Shown here piece by piece: positions 1 to 9,645 of a DNA stretch of 64,000 nucleotides; positions within the stretch are counted from its first letter, which is position 1; every line of letters begins with the position of its first letter. A model generated the notes under the pieces. That model had not been told where the DNA came from. It searched no databases and saw only the letters and a program-made list of their open reading frames with translations. The stretch lies in contig JAWKZZ010000005.1 of NCBI GenBank assembly GCA_041395785.1, positions 263,653-327,652 on the forward strand. Reading direction: 5' to 3'. Origin of the DNA: Pseudomonadales bacterium. Lineage in GTDB: Bacteria > Pseudomonadota > Gammaproteobacteria > Pseudomonadales > UBA7239. The position numbers and the translations under genes were made by a program.

Positions 1-603
<603 letters not shown>

Positions 604-641
604 TTTTTATTTTGTTTTTTGGATTTTTGAGGAGAAAAAGC

Positions 642-1551
642 ATGGCAGTTTTAGACGGTAAGGTAGCAATCGTCACCGGCGCAGGCCGCGGTTTGGGTCG
701 CGAAGAAGCGATTGAATTGGCGCGCAACGGTGCTCGCGTGGTGATCAACGATATTGGCATCCCTGCGGCACAAGAAGCGGCGCAAGAAGCGGTAGAAATC
801 ATCAAAGGTTTCGGCGGTGAAGCGATTGCCGTTTTTGGTGATTGTGCCGACAGCAATGACGCACAAAACCTGATGAAAACTACGCTGGAAACATACGGCG
901 ACATGAACACTGCGCTGGTGAACAACGCCGGTTTTTGCCGCGACAAAACCATTTTGGCATGAGCGATGAAGAGTTTGATTCCGTGGTGCGTGCACTTGCG
1001 CGGTCACTCGTGAATACGCGCACGCTACCGCTTACGGCGTGAAAAAGCCAAAGCGACAGCTCACACTACGGTCGTTTGATCAGCACATCTTCCGAAGCAA
1101 TGCTGTTTGGTTCTGCGGGCCAGCCTAACTATGCGCCGCTGCGAAAGCTGGCATTACTGCGATGACTATGGGCGCTGCACAGTTGATGATCAAATACGGC
1201 ATCACTTGCAATGTCATCATGCTGCGCGCGCGTACGGCGATGACCGATCAAGGTGCAACGGCTGCGATGTTTGCCAAACCGCAAGACGGTTTTGATGTGT
1301 TTGATCCAGCGAATGTTGCGCCATTGGTGTCTTATCCTCGCTTCGCCAAATGCCGGTCATATTTCCGGCGAAGTGTTCATCGTGTGGGGGGCTGCGTGTC
1401 ACGATTGTGCAGCGTCCAACTATCGATACACACTACGACAACCCGCAAGGTGGCAAGTGGACGCAAGATGGCCTGCGCCAGTTCGCTGTCTGCTTACTTC
1501 GACGCGAATCATGCGCCGGTGTGGGGTGGCTTCTCTGTTCCGCCACAATAA
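642..1551 (+). pseudogene. short-chain dehydrogenase/reductase (SDR), multiply frameshifted as sequenced
   Basis: ATG 642 follows GAGGAG. The N-terminus MAVLDGKVAIVTGAGRGLGRE carries the TGxxxGxG motif. Later SDR-like segments (MSDEEFDSVV, GRLISTSSEAMLFGSAGQPNYA, AKAGITAMTMGAAQLMIKYGITCNVI, ISGEVFIVWGG, ...VWGGFSVPPQ-stop) appear in order but in different frames between 959 and 1551. Confidence 0.75.
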
Positions 1552-1572
1552 GTTTGTAAATTTTGCGGTAAT

Positions 1573-1601
1573 AAAAAAGCCCGCAGCGTGCGGGCTTTTT
1601 T
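1573..1601. terminator. bidirectional rho-independent terminator between convergent genes
   Basis: A-run, GCCCGCA-gcg-TGCGGGC hairpin, T-run. Confidence 0.75.
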
Positions 1602-1625
1602 GTGCCTTGTGATAATGCTGAGTAA

Positions 1626-2316
1626 TTACAGCAGATCGAAAGTTTTGCTGGCTTCAACACAAAGCGGCTTTCTCTGGCTTGCTTTATCGTGCAGGGTGTT
1701 TTTCCAGTAGCTCAGTGTGAAAATCCACATCAAACCAAGTGCGCGCTAAGCCCACACGGTAGAAGGTATCCGGCCGACATTGGTTTCTAAGTCGACGCGA
1801 GCAGCCGTTAGCAATAATGAAAGCTCGTAAAAAGGCAAAGGCTGTGCGTGCTCAAGGATGATGCGGCGCTGTACGCCATCCCATACTTTGCTGTCTTCTG
1901 CATAGTAGTAGTACAGCGAGGTGCCTTCCTGCCAAGTGAAGTTACAAACCACACTCTTGGTAATCCCACTCATCGTGATCGCTGCCGCTGTCATGGTACC
2001 AAGTGTAGTGGGTAATACCGATATCACCTTCTAAATCCTCCGTTAAGGCGTGTCGGGGCCGATGGTGTAGTCCAACTCTAGGGTTAGGGCGGTATCGTGC
2101 TCATCGCTGTCGATATTGGAGCCCCAAACGCCCGCATAAACCGCTGTGTTCGTAGTCCGCCTACTTGTAAGGCTGGCCCCGAGTCTGTAGCGCTAACGCC
2201 ACGTCGGCAACATAGTCGCTGGCGAGCGTAGTTGTTAGGCTGAGTGACGATTCGGTCAGTGGTAGCTGAGTATAGTGTACAGCAGCCAGATAGGATTACA
2301 GACAGGTAGAGCGCAT
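1626..2316 (-). pseudogene. TIGR02001-like (Gcw_chp) outer-membrane protein, multiply frameshifted as sequenced
   Basis: On the minus strand the family-typical segments SDYV / RGVSATDSGPALQ / DYEHSG / YAGVWGSNIDSDE..LELDYTIGP / ITHYTWYHD / ...ASKTFDLL-stop occur in order but hop between all three frames. Only 1746..2027 survives as a track ORF. Confidence 0.5.
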
Positions 2317-2414
2317 AAGAAAGAGACCTACAATGTGTATTCGTGAAAAAAGTGTGAAGATTCTACAGTAAACGCGAATCACTATCATTATTTTTTGTAG
2401 CCTGAAGGATGCAT

Positions 2415-2437
2415 AAAAAACCCGCCACGAGGGCGGG
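2415..2437 (-). terminator. rho-independent terminator ending the carbamoyltransferase/SxtJ/DUF5989 run
   Basis: The minus strand reads CCCGCC-ctcgt-GGCGGG followed by T6. Confidence 0.7.
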
Positions 2438-2459
2438 TCTCGGTGTAGCAGTGCTAGCG

Positions 2460-2616
2460 TTAGAACAAGGTGTAGATGAAGTGGTGCCACTGCCGAGCCA
2501 TGGGCAAACACAATCAACAAGCCCAGTAATAACATTACGACGATAACGATAGGAGCCAGCCAGTATTTTTTGCGCTCTTTCATGAAACCGGCAAAGTCTT
2601 TGAGTAATTCAAGCAT
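2460..2616 (-). CDS. DUF5989-family small membrane protein (one extra base near 2481 shifts the C-terminus as sequenced)
   Basis: ATG 2616 overlaps the upstream stop (TAATG). MLELLKDFAGFMKERKKYWLAPIVIVVMLLLGLLIVFAHGSAVAP fits the family. The expected end FIYTLF-stop (ttc atc tac acc ttg ttc taa, stop 2460..2462) is readable one frame over. The span is 157 nt, not a multiple of 3. Confidence 0.6.
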
Positions 2617-3044
2617 TAGTAAGGCTTCTCCATGTGTTGGCGGGCAGGATTGTTGCGGGTCACGCGGTAGCTGTCCAGTGCGGCATTGAGCTCGCGGTGC
2701 ATAGGATCTTTGCCAAACAGGCGCATGATGACGCCCATCGGCATGAACAGTCCGTAAAACAGAACGAACAGAATAATGCGGGTGTTGATAAAGCCCAGAC
2801 CTTCCGCCAATTTCATCCATGGCCTGTAGAAATAGATCAGGCTGGAGGGGTGTATCAAAGCCCAGACGATCAGTGTGCCGCCCACGGGGCCAACATACAG
2901 CAGCCAGCGCAGCATTGTTCCTACGCCGCTGTGCAGCCAAGGTAATAGGCAGCCGATGAGGCCGATCAGAATGGCACCAGTGACCAAGCCAAATTTACGC
3001 AATTCGGCGGCGGTCATATCCGTTTTGATAGCAGAGGTAGTCAT
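2616..3044 (-). CDS. SxtJ-family membrane protein
   Basis: The 142-aa product has several hydrophobic helices. It sits between a carbamoyltransferase and a DUF5989 gene, a recurrent triad. The start overlaps the upstream stop (TGATG at 3042..3046). Confidence 0.6.
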   Translation of the reverse strand: MTTSAIKTDMTAAELRKFGLVTGAILIGLIGCLLPWLHSGVGTMLRWLLYVGPVGGTLIVWALIHPSSLIYFYRPWMKLAEGLGFINTRIILFVLFYGLFMPMGVIMRLFGKDPMHRELNAALDSYRVTRNNPARQHMEKPY

Positions 3045-4906
3045 CAGTCCAACTCGAATTCATCTTGCCAGTTGTCGTTTTTCTCCCACACCGGTTGTTC
3101 CGGTTTGGCGAGCAGATAATTTTCCAACACCAAGTAATCCATTTCGCAGCGCATGAAGCAGCGGTAGGCATCTTCCGGTGTATTGACGATGGGTTCGCCG
3201 CGCACATTAAACGAAGTGTTAATCGAAACAGGGCAGCCGGTCAGTTTTTCAAACTCATCCAGCAGCGTGTAAAAACGCGGATTGGTTTCTGGATGCACGG
3301 TTTGAATGCGTGCGGAATAATCCACATGTGTCACGGCTGGAATTTGTGAACGCGGCACATTCAATTTTTCAATGCCGAACAAACGCTCTTGTTCCAAAGT
3401 CATCGGAATGCGTTTGTCTTCTGCAACCGGTGCCACCATCAACATGTAAGGGCTAACAGCGCTGTGCTGAAACCATTCGCCAACTTTGTCGGCTTTTACC
3501 GCGGGTGCAAACGGACGAAAGGATTCACGGTATTTAATTTTTAAATTCATCACCGACTGCATTTTCGGGCTGCGCGGATCACCGATGATAGAGCGCCCGC
3601 CCAATGCGCGCGGACCAAACTCCATGCGGCCTTGGAACCAGCCGACGACATTTTCGTTCGCCATGATTTGCGCCAGTTGCGGCAGCAAAACACTGTCGTC
3701 GAGGCGCTGATATTTTGCGCCGACACTGTCGAGATACGCTTTGATATCTGCATCACTGTGGCGCGGGCCTAGATAGCTGCCCTGCATCGAATCGCCAGGT
3801 AAGGCAGTGCGCGGTTTTTCTAAGTACTGATGCCAAATGGCGAGTGCAGCACCGAGTGCGCCACCAGCGTCACCGGCAGCGGGTTGTACCCAGATTTCTG
3901 AGAAAGGGCCTTCGCGCAACAGGCGGCCGTTGGATACGCAATTCAATGCTACGCCGCCAGCGAGGCAGAGTTTGTCGATACCTAATTCTGCATGTGCCGC
4001 GCGCGCCAACTTCAACACAATCTCTTCGGTGACGACTTGAATGGAGCGTGCGATGTCCATTTCTTTTTGCGAGACTTCGGATTCACGCGCACGCGGTGGG
4101 CCGTTAAACAGACGATGAAATTTTTCGTTGGTCATCGTCAAGCCGGCAGCGTAGTTGAAGTAACTCATATTCAAACGGAAGCTGCCGTCTGCTTTTACAT
4201 CAATCAAATTATCGAGAATTAAATCGACATATTTCGGTGTGCCGTAAGGCGCCAACCCCATCAATTTGTATTCACCGGAGTTCACTTTGAAGCCGGTGTA
4301 ATAAGTGAAGGCGGAATACAGCAAGCCGAGAGAGTGAGGGAAGTTGATGTCCCACTGTGGCGTGAGTGTGTTGCCGTCGCCCACCCACACCGAGCTAGTG
4401 GCCCATTCGCCGACGCCGTCTAAACACATCACTACGGCTTTGTCGAAGGGGCTGGGGAAAAATGCAGAAGCGGCGTGCGATTGATGGTGCTCAGTAAACA
4501 TCAGTGGCGGCAGTTCACTTTCTTTCATGCCGCCGAGTTCAGCTAATTCGCGGCGCAAGGTTTTTTTCAAATACAGTTTTTCTTTTAACCAAACAGGAAT
4601 CGCTTTGATGAAAGAGCGAAAGCCAGCTGGTGCGTAGGCGAGGTAGGTTTCCAACAGGCGTTCAAATTTGATCAGCGGCTTGTCGTAGAACACCACATGG
4701 GTGATATCGGCCAGCGACAAACCAGCTTCGCGCAGACAATAACGAATAGCTTCAGCGGGGAAAGCGGCATCGTGTTTTTTGCGCGTGAAGCGCTCTTCTT
4801 GCGCGGCAGCGATGATTTGGCCGTCTACTACCAGCGCGGCGGCGCTGTCGTGGTAGTAGGCGGAGATACCGAGAATGGCAACGGGGCGATGGCTGGAGCT
4901 AGACAC
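3044..4906 (-). CDS. carbamoyltransferase (NodU/CmcH family)
   Basis: The product is 620 aa. The N-terminus VAILGISAYYHDSAAALVVDGQIIAAAQEERFTRKKHDAAFP and overall length are typical of the NodU/CmcH family. Confidence 0.85.
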   Translation of the reverse strand: MSSSSHRPVAILGISAYYHDSAAALVVDGQIIAAAQEERFTRKKHDAAFPAEAIRYCLREAGLSLADITHVVFYDKPLIKFERLLETYLAYAPAGFRSFIKAIPVWLKEKLYLKKTLRRELAELGGMKESELPPLMFTEHHQSHAASAFFPSPFDKAVVMCLDGVGEWATSSVWVGDGNTLTPQWDINFPHSLGLLYSAFTYYTGFKVNSGEYKLMGLAPYGTPKYVDLILDNLIDVKADGSFRLNMSYFNYAAGLTMTNEKFHRLFNGPPRARESEVSQKEMDIARSIQVVTEEIVLKLARAAHAELGIDKLCLAGGVALNCVSNGRLLREGPFSEIWVQPAAGDAGGALGAALAIWHQYLEKPRTALPGDSMQGSYLGPRHSDADIKAYLDSVGAKYQRLDDSVLLPQLAQIMANENVVGWFQGRMEFGPRALGGRSIIGDPRSPKMQSVMNLKIKYRESFRPFAPAVKADKVGEWFQHSAVSPYMLMVAPVAEDKRIPMTLEQERLFGIEKLNVPRSQIPAVTHVDYSARIQTVHPETNPRFYTLLDEFEKLTGCPVSINTSFNVRGEPIVNTPEDAYRCFMRCEMDYLVLENYLLAKPEQPVWEKNDNWQDEFELD

Positions 4907-4987
4907 TACGACTACCCAATCAAGGAAAGCGTGGATTCTAGCCGAAGTCGCGGGTGGCGGCAGCCTAGAATCCGTGGCTGTGATGCA

Positions 4988-6241
4988 TTAGAGCTGTAAC
5001 AACGGAATGTGATCTTCCAGTTTGGTTTGATACAGCACCGTCCCTTTAGCAATTTGTACGGGCAGCGGCTCGGCACCTGTGAGCGCGGCTTCCTCCAGCG
5101 TGATTATCCAGTGCAGAGGCGTGCTGCCAGCTGTGAGTGTGGCGCGCGGGTCTATTCCTTTCATGATGCCTTCCAATCCGGCTGTTCTTGCGAGTGGCAG
5201 CAGGCTGTACCAGCCCAGATTTTGCGCCGATGTTTCCCGTAAAGCGGCGCAATCAGTAATCTGCAGTTCAGCTGTGTTGGCTCCCGTTTTTGTAATGGAG
5301 AGGGAGTGATATTCCAGCGGCTGAAAAGCGGGGTGTACTTCCAAGACACGAATGAGGCTGTCGATATTATTGTCGTTGATGCCCAGCCATTTTTTTAAGC
5401 GTTCGCTCATCACCCAGCCGCTGCCGGTCATTTGACATTCAGCCACGGTGCGCGCGGCAGCTTCGCCGTATTTTTTATCAATCGCCAGCATTAAACCAAG
5501 GATCAGCAAATGGTTTTGGATGGCAATTTCTTTGCACACCATCACCAACGCGGCGTGTGAGAGTTGCTCAAAGTGCAATTGCTCAAACACTTCACCGTGA
5601 TAAAAATCCAAGCCGCCTTGTTCGCGATTGCTGCTGCGTTCAATACGAAGATTGGCGAGTAGTGATTTGCGCAGTTCTGCTGTTACGACGGGTTCTTGCA
5701 GTGGTTCTGCGTCGTGATCGATAAAAACATTCCACTCGCAGTGCGGTGCGCGATCGACAGGTACGCGCGGCGGTCGGTGTACGGGGCGCATGCGCGCGCG
5801 CGGATTGGTGGCAATTGCGGTGCCATCAAAGGTGGGGTCTTCAATGTCGTGACACATGACTTTTACCGCCGCCTCGCCGCGCGGTTCGGTTTCCAATAGG
5901 GGGCCGCAGCTCGCTAACCAAAAGCGTCCTTTATCAGCTGCTTGTACTTCAAAATGCGCATCAAAATATTGATGCGTTAAACCGCAGTCCAATTGCAAAC
6001 CTTTGAAAATGGTGGCGACATCAGTGCCGCCGGCAAAGCCCATAGCGTGTTGCATGCGCTGAGTATAAATGGGGCTGGCGGCGAGCCAATTATCAATCGC
6101 GATATCTTTGTAGGCTTCATCGCCGTGGTTCATGCGTAACGCAGCGTAGCCGGTGCGACTGTTGAACTGTGAGGCCACCATGTATTCCCGCGCCAGTTGT
6201 GCCAGTTGTGCGCGAGAAAAATCTTCCAGTATTTTTCGCAT
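4988..6241 (-). CDS. hypothetical protein (417 aa), apparently two related halves
   Basis: Long intact ORF in the co-directional run. I could not name a family motif with confidence. Confidence 0.6.
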   Translation of the reverse strand: MRKILEDFSRAQLAQLAREYMVASQFNSRTGYAALRMNHGDEAYKDIAIDNWLAASPIYTQRMQHAMGFAGGTDVATIFKGLQLDCGLTHQYFDAHFEVQAADKGRFWLASCGPLLETEPRGEAAVKVMCHDIEDPTFDGTAIATNPRARMRPVHRPPRVPVDRAPHCEWNVFIDHDAEPLQEPVVTAELRKSLLANLRIERSSNREQGGLDFYHGEVFEQLHFEQLSHAALVMVCKEIAIQNHLLILGLMLAIDKKYGEAAARTVAECQMTGSGWVMSERLKKWLGINDNNIDSLIRVLEVHPAFQPLEYHSLSITKTGANTAELQITDCAALRETSAQNLGWYSLLPLARTAGLEGIMKGIDPRATLTAGSTPLHWIITLEEAALTGAEPLPVQIAKGTVLYQTKLEDHIPLLQL

Positions 6242-6258
6242 GATAAAACTCCTGTTTT

Positions 6259-7002
6259 TTATAGTTGGAATATCTGAGTTGCGATAGCTTCGCCTTGTTT
6301 GTTGAATTGCCGTTCCAGAAAATCGATTGGCCCAGTGTGCGTTTGCAGTATGACGGTTGAGCTGCGTGTGCCGTAATTATCGAAGTGTATAAAGCTGGCA
6401 GAAAGTTTTTGTTCCAACCATTGTGGAATTCCGGTGGCAGGGAGCTGTGCATCAGGAGCGGTAGAGCGATCCGCTAGCAAGCAAAACAAGGATTCGTGCT
6501 GCGGGTCTGACAGAGTTTCAGTCAGCGCTTGTTTGCCGTTTTCCACTTTTGGCCACGGCGTGTCTAAGGCGGCGTTGGATAAGCCGTAAATACCTGCAGG
6601 CAATGCAAAATTTTCTCCGCTGCTGTTGCAGTAGTACAGCGAATTGCCGTCACTCAATAGCAGGTTGAAAGGGCTGTAATCGGCGAGATGATTTTTTAAT
6701 TGCTCGATGAAATCTGCAGGTGTCTGTGTGCTGGCGAGAAAATCGCGCACTAAATGACCGCGTGAATGGGCGCCTATTTTTGCAGCAGGATCGCGCACAT
6801 TGGTGATGGCGGCGAAGCGTCCGCTGCGCGTAACGCCGAGCCAAGTGCCGCCTTGTTCTAGATCGCGGCCGGCGAGAATCTGCGGTGCGTCATGCCAAAA
6901 TTGTGCTGCTGCGGTAGGGCGCGCATAAAATTCATCGCGATTGGCAGCGACCACTAGTTTGTACTGAGGATGGTGCTGCCACGCGAATAAAATTAGGCAC
7001 AT
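6259..7002 (-). CDS. NRDE-family protein (DUF833, TANGO2-like)
   Basis: MCLILFAW...VVAANRDEFYARPT...GGTWLGV matches the NRDE signature near the N-terminus. Confidence 0.8.
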   Translation of the reverse strand: MCLILFAWQHHPQYKLVVAANRDEFYARPTAAAQFWHDAPQILAGRDLEQGGTWLGVTRSGRFAAITNVRDPAAKIGAHSRGHLVRDFLASTQTPADFIEQLKNHLADYSPFNLLLSDGNSLYYCNSSGENFALPAGIYGLSNAALDTPWPKVENGKQALTETLSDPQHESLFCLLADRSTAPDAQLPATGIPQWLEQKLSASFIHFDNYGTRSSTVILQTHTGPIDFLERQFNKQGEAIATQIFQL

Positions 7003-7003
7003 A

Positions 7004-9574
7004 TCATTCGGGTTGTTTTTGCGGCAATACGGATAGGAAGGCCATAAAAACGGCGGCGAGATAGGCGAGCGACTGCATCAGCAACATAAAGAGCCATGCC
7101 CATGCATCGCCAGTTTCCATGTCGTGTGTGATCAACATGGCCGCCGCTGCACCCCACAACAACACCAGGAAAAACAACTCCTCTCGGCATTCTGCTAACG
7201 CCAACATGAATCCGCCTTGATCGCGCATTTTGGGTGTGCGGAAAAAGGGAATGGTTTTAGTAAAGAGACCGTAAATGATCGATTTGGCGATGGTGTGAGA
7301 GAGTGCCAAGCCTGCAACGGCTGCGCCCACGGAAGTGCTCATCGGCACTTTCATGTGGCTTTTGTAGATGTACAAAATCTTGCCGAGTTTGAAGGAAAAT
7401 AAAATCAGCGGCGGCAGTGCAAACACCAGCGCTGGCGGCAATACATGTGTCGGTGCAAGCAGCATTGCGGCTGTCCACAACAGTGCGCCACCGGTGAAAA
7501 ATAAGTTCATGCCGTCGGCTACCCACGGCATCCAGCCAGCGATGAAGTGATAGCGCTGGCCGCGTGTCAATTTGGTGTCGCGCCCTTTGAACAAACTATT
7601 GAAGTGGCCTTTCATGATTTGCATCGCGCCGTAGGCCCAACGGAAGCGTTGTTTTTTGTAATCAATAAAACGGTCGGGCATAACGCCTTTGCCGTACGAA
7701 TTGCTGACATACGCAGCAGACAGTCCTTCTTCAAAAGCGCGCAAACCGAGTTCAGCATCTTCGGTAATCGTCCACTCTGCCCAGCCGAGGCGATCCATCA
7801 CTTCACGGCGAATCATGGTCATGGTGCCGTGTTGAATGATGGCGTTGCGATCGTTGCGCGTCACCATGCCAATATGGAAAAAGCCTTTGTACTCGGCGTA
7901 GCACAATTTTTTAAACAGCGACCAATCGCCGTCGCGGTAATCTTGCGGCGCTTGCACGATAGCGATTGTGGGGTCGGCAAAATGTGGCACCAAATGTTTG
8001 AGCCAATTCGGATCCACGCAGTAATCGCTGTCGATTACCGCAATGATTTCTGCATCAGGTGAAGTGCGCTCCAGTGCCCAGTTCAATGCGCCGCCTTTAA
8101 AGCCCTCTAAAGGTGCCACATGGAAAAAACGAAAGCGCGGCCCCAGTGTTTTGCAATATTCTTCAACCGGCCGCCACACATTTTCATCTTTGGTGTTGTT
8201 GTCGATGATCATCACTTCAAAGTCGGGATAATCCAGTGCTGCCAGTGCGTCCAGTGTTTCTTTCACCATGTCAGGCGGCTCGTTGTAGCACGGCACTTGA
8301 ATGCACACTTTGGGGCGATAGGCGTCATCATTGGCAACGCCAACAAATGGTCTGCGTCGTTGCGCCCACACGGTTTCAGCTAATTCGTGTGCTTCGGTGA
8401 ACATCACAATGAAGACACCGATGGCGGCAAGTACCAACAAAATGCCGAGAAGAACATTCAGCCAAGTCATGTACTGCTGTGAATAGTCGTAGGTGACGAC
8501 GACAAGAAAAGAAGCAAATAAAAACGCGACAAACGCGAGGAAAAAACGACCGCGTTGTTTTAAGCCGGAACTGTCGATCAAGAGTAAAGCCAAGGTCAGG
8601 ATGGCCATGATGACAGACACCACCGCCAGCAAACGCCATTGTGGAATTTTGACGACGCTGCCTTCAAAGGGAAACTTGGGTTGGCGATTGACGTCGTAAA
8701 CGCCCCAATATTTTCCAACATCACCTTCAGCAGCGGATTTCCACAGCTGATCAAATGCTTCGATCACAAAATAGTCGTAACCGGCGGTGTTGAGTTTGTT
8801 CAGCAAGGTGCGCAAATAAATCGCTTGATCAACTTGGTTCGCTTCGGCGGCACCGCGATTGCGTCCAAAAGACGGCCAGCCCACCTCGCCAAGCAGGAGG
8901 GGTTTTTGGGTAAACACAGTTTTTAGAGCTTGTGCTTTTTCTAATACAAAACCGACAGAAGGGCCGGCAGGAATTTTTTCCCAGAATGGCAGTATGTGTG
9001 CAGTCACGATATCAACATGCTGTGCCAGCTCTGGATGCTTCAACCAGATGTCCCAAGTTTCTGCTGTGGTCACCGGCACTTTAACTTTGCTGCGCACTTG
9101 CTCGATGTAATCAATCAGGCGCGGTAAATCCACTTCGCGACGAAAGATGCTTTCGTTGCCCACCACCACCATGGTGATGTTGCGGCTGTTGTTGATGACA
9201 GCAATCGCGCGTGCGATTTGCTCTTCGTTGTCTTTTTCAATGTTGCTGATCCAAATGCCTTGCACCACGCTCATGCCGAATTCTTGCGCTAAACGCGGAA
9301 TGTCGGCTTGCGTTCCTGTAACAGAGTAGGTGCGAATGCTGTGTGTTTGCTTCGACAACAATGCAAGATCTTTGCGAATTTCATCGTGGCTGGGGTGAAT
9401 ATTTTTAGTGGGATCCTGCCCGTTTTGGTATGGCGAGTAGGCGTAACCGGAAATGGAGGTTGGCCAGTCAGGAGCGCTCATGGGGCGGTTATAAAAAGCC
9501 CAGACGGCGATAACAACAGCGGCGATACCGGTAACGATAGCGAGGTTGATAATGGTTTTATGGCTGATGATCAT
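7004..9574 (-). CDS. bifunctional GH17 glycoside hydrolase / family-2 glycosyltransferase membrane protein (NdvB-like beta-1,3-glucan synthase)
   Basis: The N-terminal half carries GH17 catalytic motifs (VVGNESI, GEVGWPS). A TM block follows. The GT2 half carries VPCYNEP, DSDY, TEDAELG and QRFRWAYG (QxxRW), followed by C-terminal TM helices. Confidence 0.8.
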   Translation of the reverse strand: MIISHKTIINLAIVTGIAAVVIAVWAFYNRPMSAPDWPTSISGYAYSPYQNGQDPTKNIHPSHDEIRKDLALLSKQTHSIRTYSVTGTQADIPRLAQEFGMSVVQGIWISNIEKDNEEQIARAIAVINNSRNITMVVVGNESIFRREVDLPRLIDYIEQVRSKVKVPVTTAETWDIWLKHPELAQHVDIVTAHILPFWEKIPAGPSVGFVLEKAQALKTVFTQKPLLLGEVGWPSFGRNRGAAEANQVDQAIYLRTLLNKLNTAGYDYFVIEAFDQLWKSAAEGDVGKYWGVYDVNRQPKFPFEGSVVKIPQWRLLAVVSVIMAILTLALLLIDSSGLKQRGRFFLAFVAFLFASFLVVVTYDYSQQYMTWLNVLLGILLVLAAIGVFIVMFTEAHELAETVWAQRRRPFVGVANDDAYRPKVCIQVPCYNEPPDMVKETLDALAALDYPDFEVMIIDNNTKDENVWRPVEEYCKTLGPRFRFFHVAPLEGFKGGALNWALERTSPDAEIIAVIDSDYCVDPNWLKHLVPHFADPTIAIVQAPQDYRDGDWSLFKKLCYAEYKGFFHIGMVTRNDRNAIIQHGTMTMIRREVMDRLGWAEWTITEDAELGLRAFEEGLSAAYVSNSYGKGVMPDRFIDYKKQRFRWAYGAMQIMKGHFNSLFKGRDTKLTRGQRYHFIAGWMPWVADGMNLFFTGGALLWTAAMLLAPTHVLPPALVFALPPLILFSFKLGKILYIYKSHMKVPMSTSVGAAVAGLALSHTIAKSIIYGLFTKTIPFFRTPKMRDQGGFMLALAECREELFFLVLLWGAAAAMLITHDMETGDAWAWLFMLLMQSLAYLAAVFMAFLSVLPQKQPE

Positions 9575-9645
9575 TCAAGATCCGTTTTATCAGTAAGACA
9601 AGTGGTGGCAAAGCATAGCAGTTTGATTCCCTGAAAGGCGTTTCA

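Noticed and set aside
2296-2940. 214-aa minus-strand ORF listed in the track.
   Set aside because: Its first 108 codons are an out-of-frame overlap of the SxtJ-like gene. The part from ATG 2616 is the DUF5989 micro-protein. The tail beyond ~2481 exists only because a 1-nt shift bypasses the family stop at 2460..2462.
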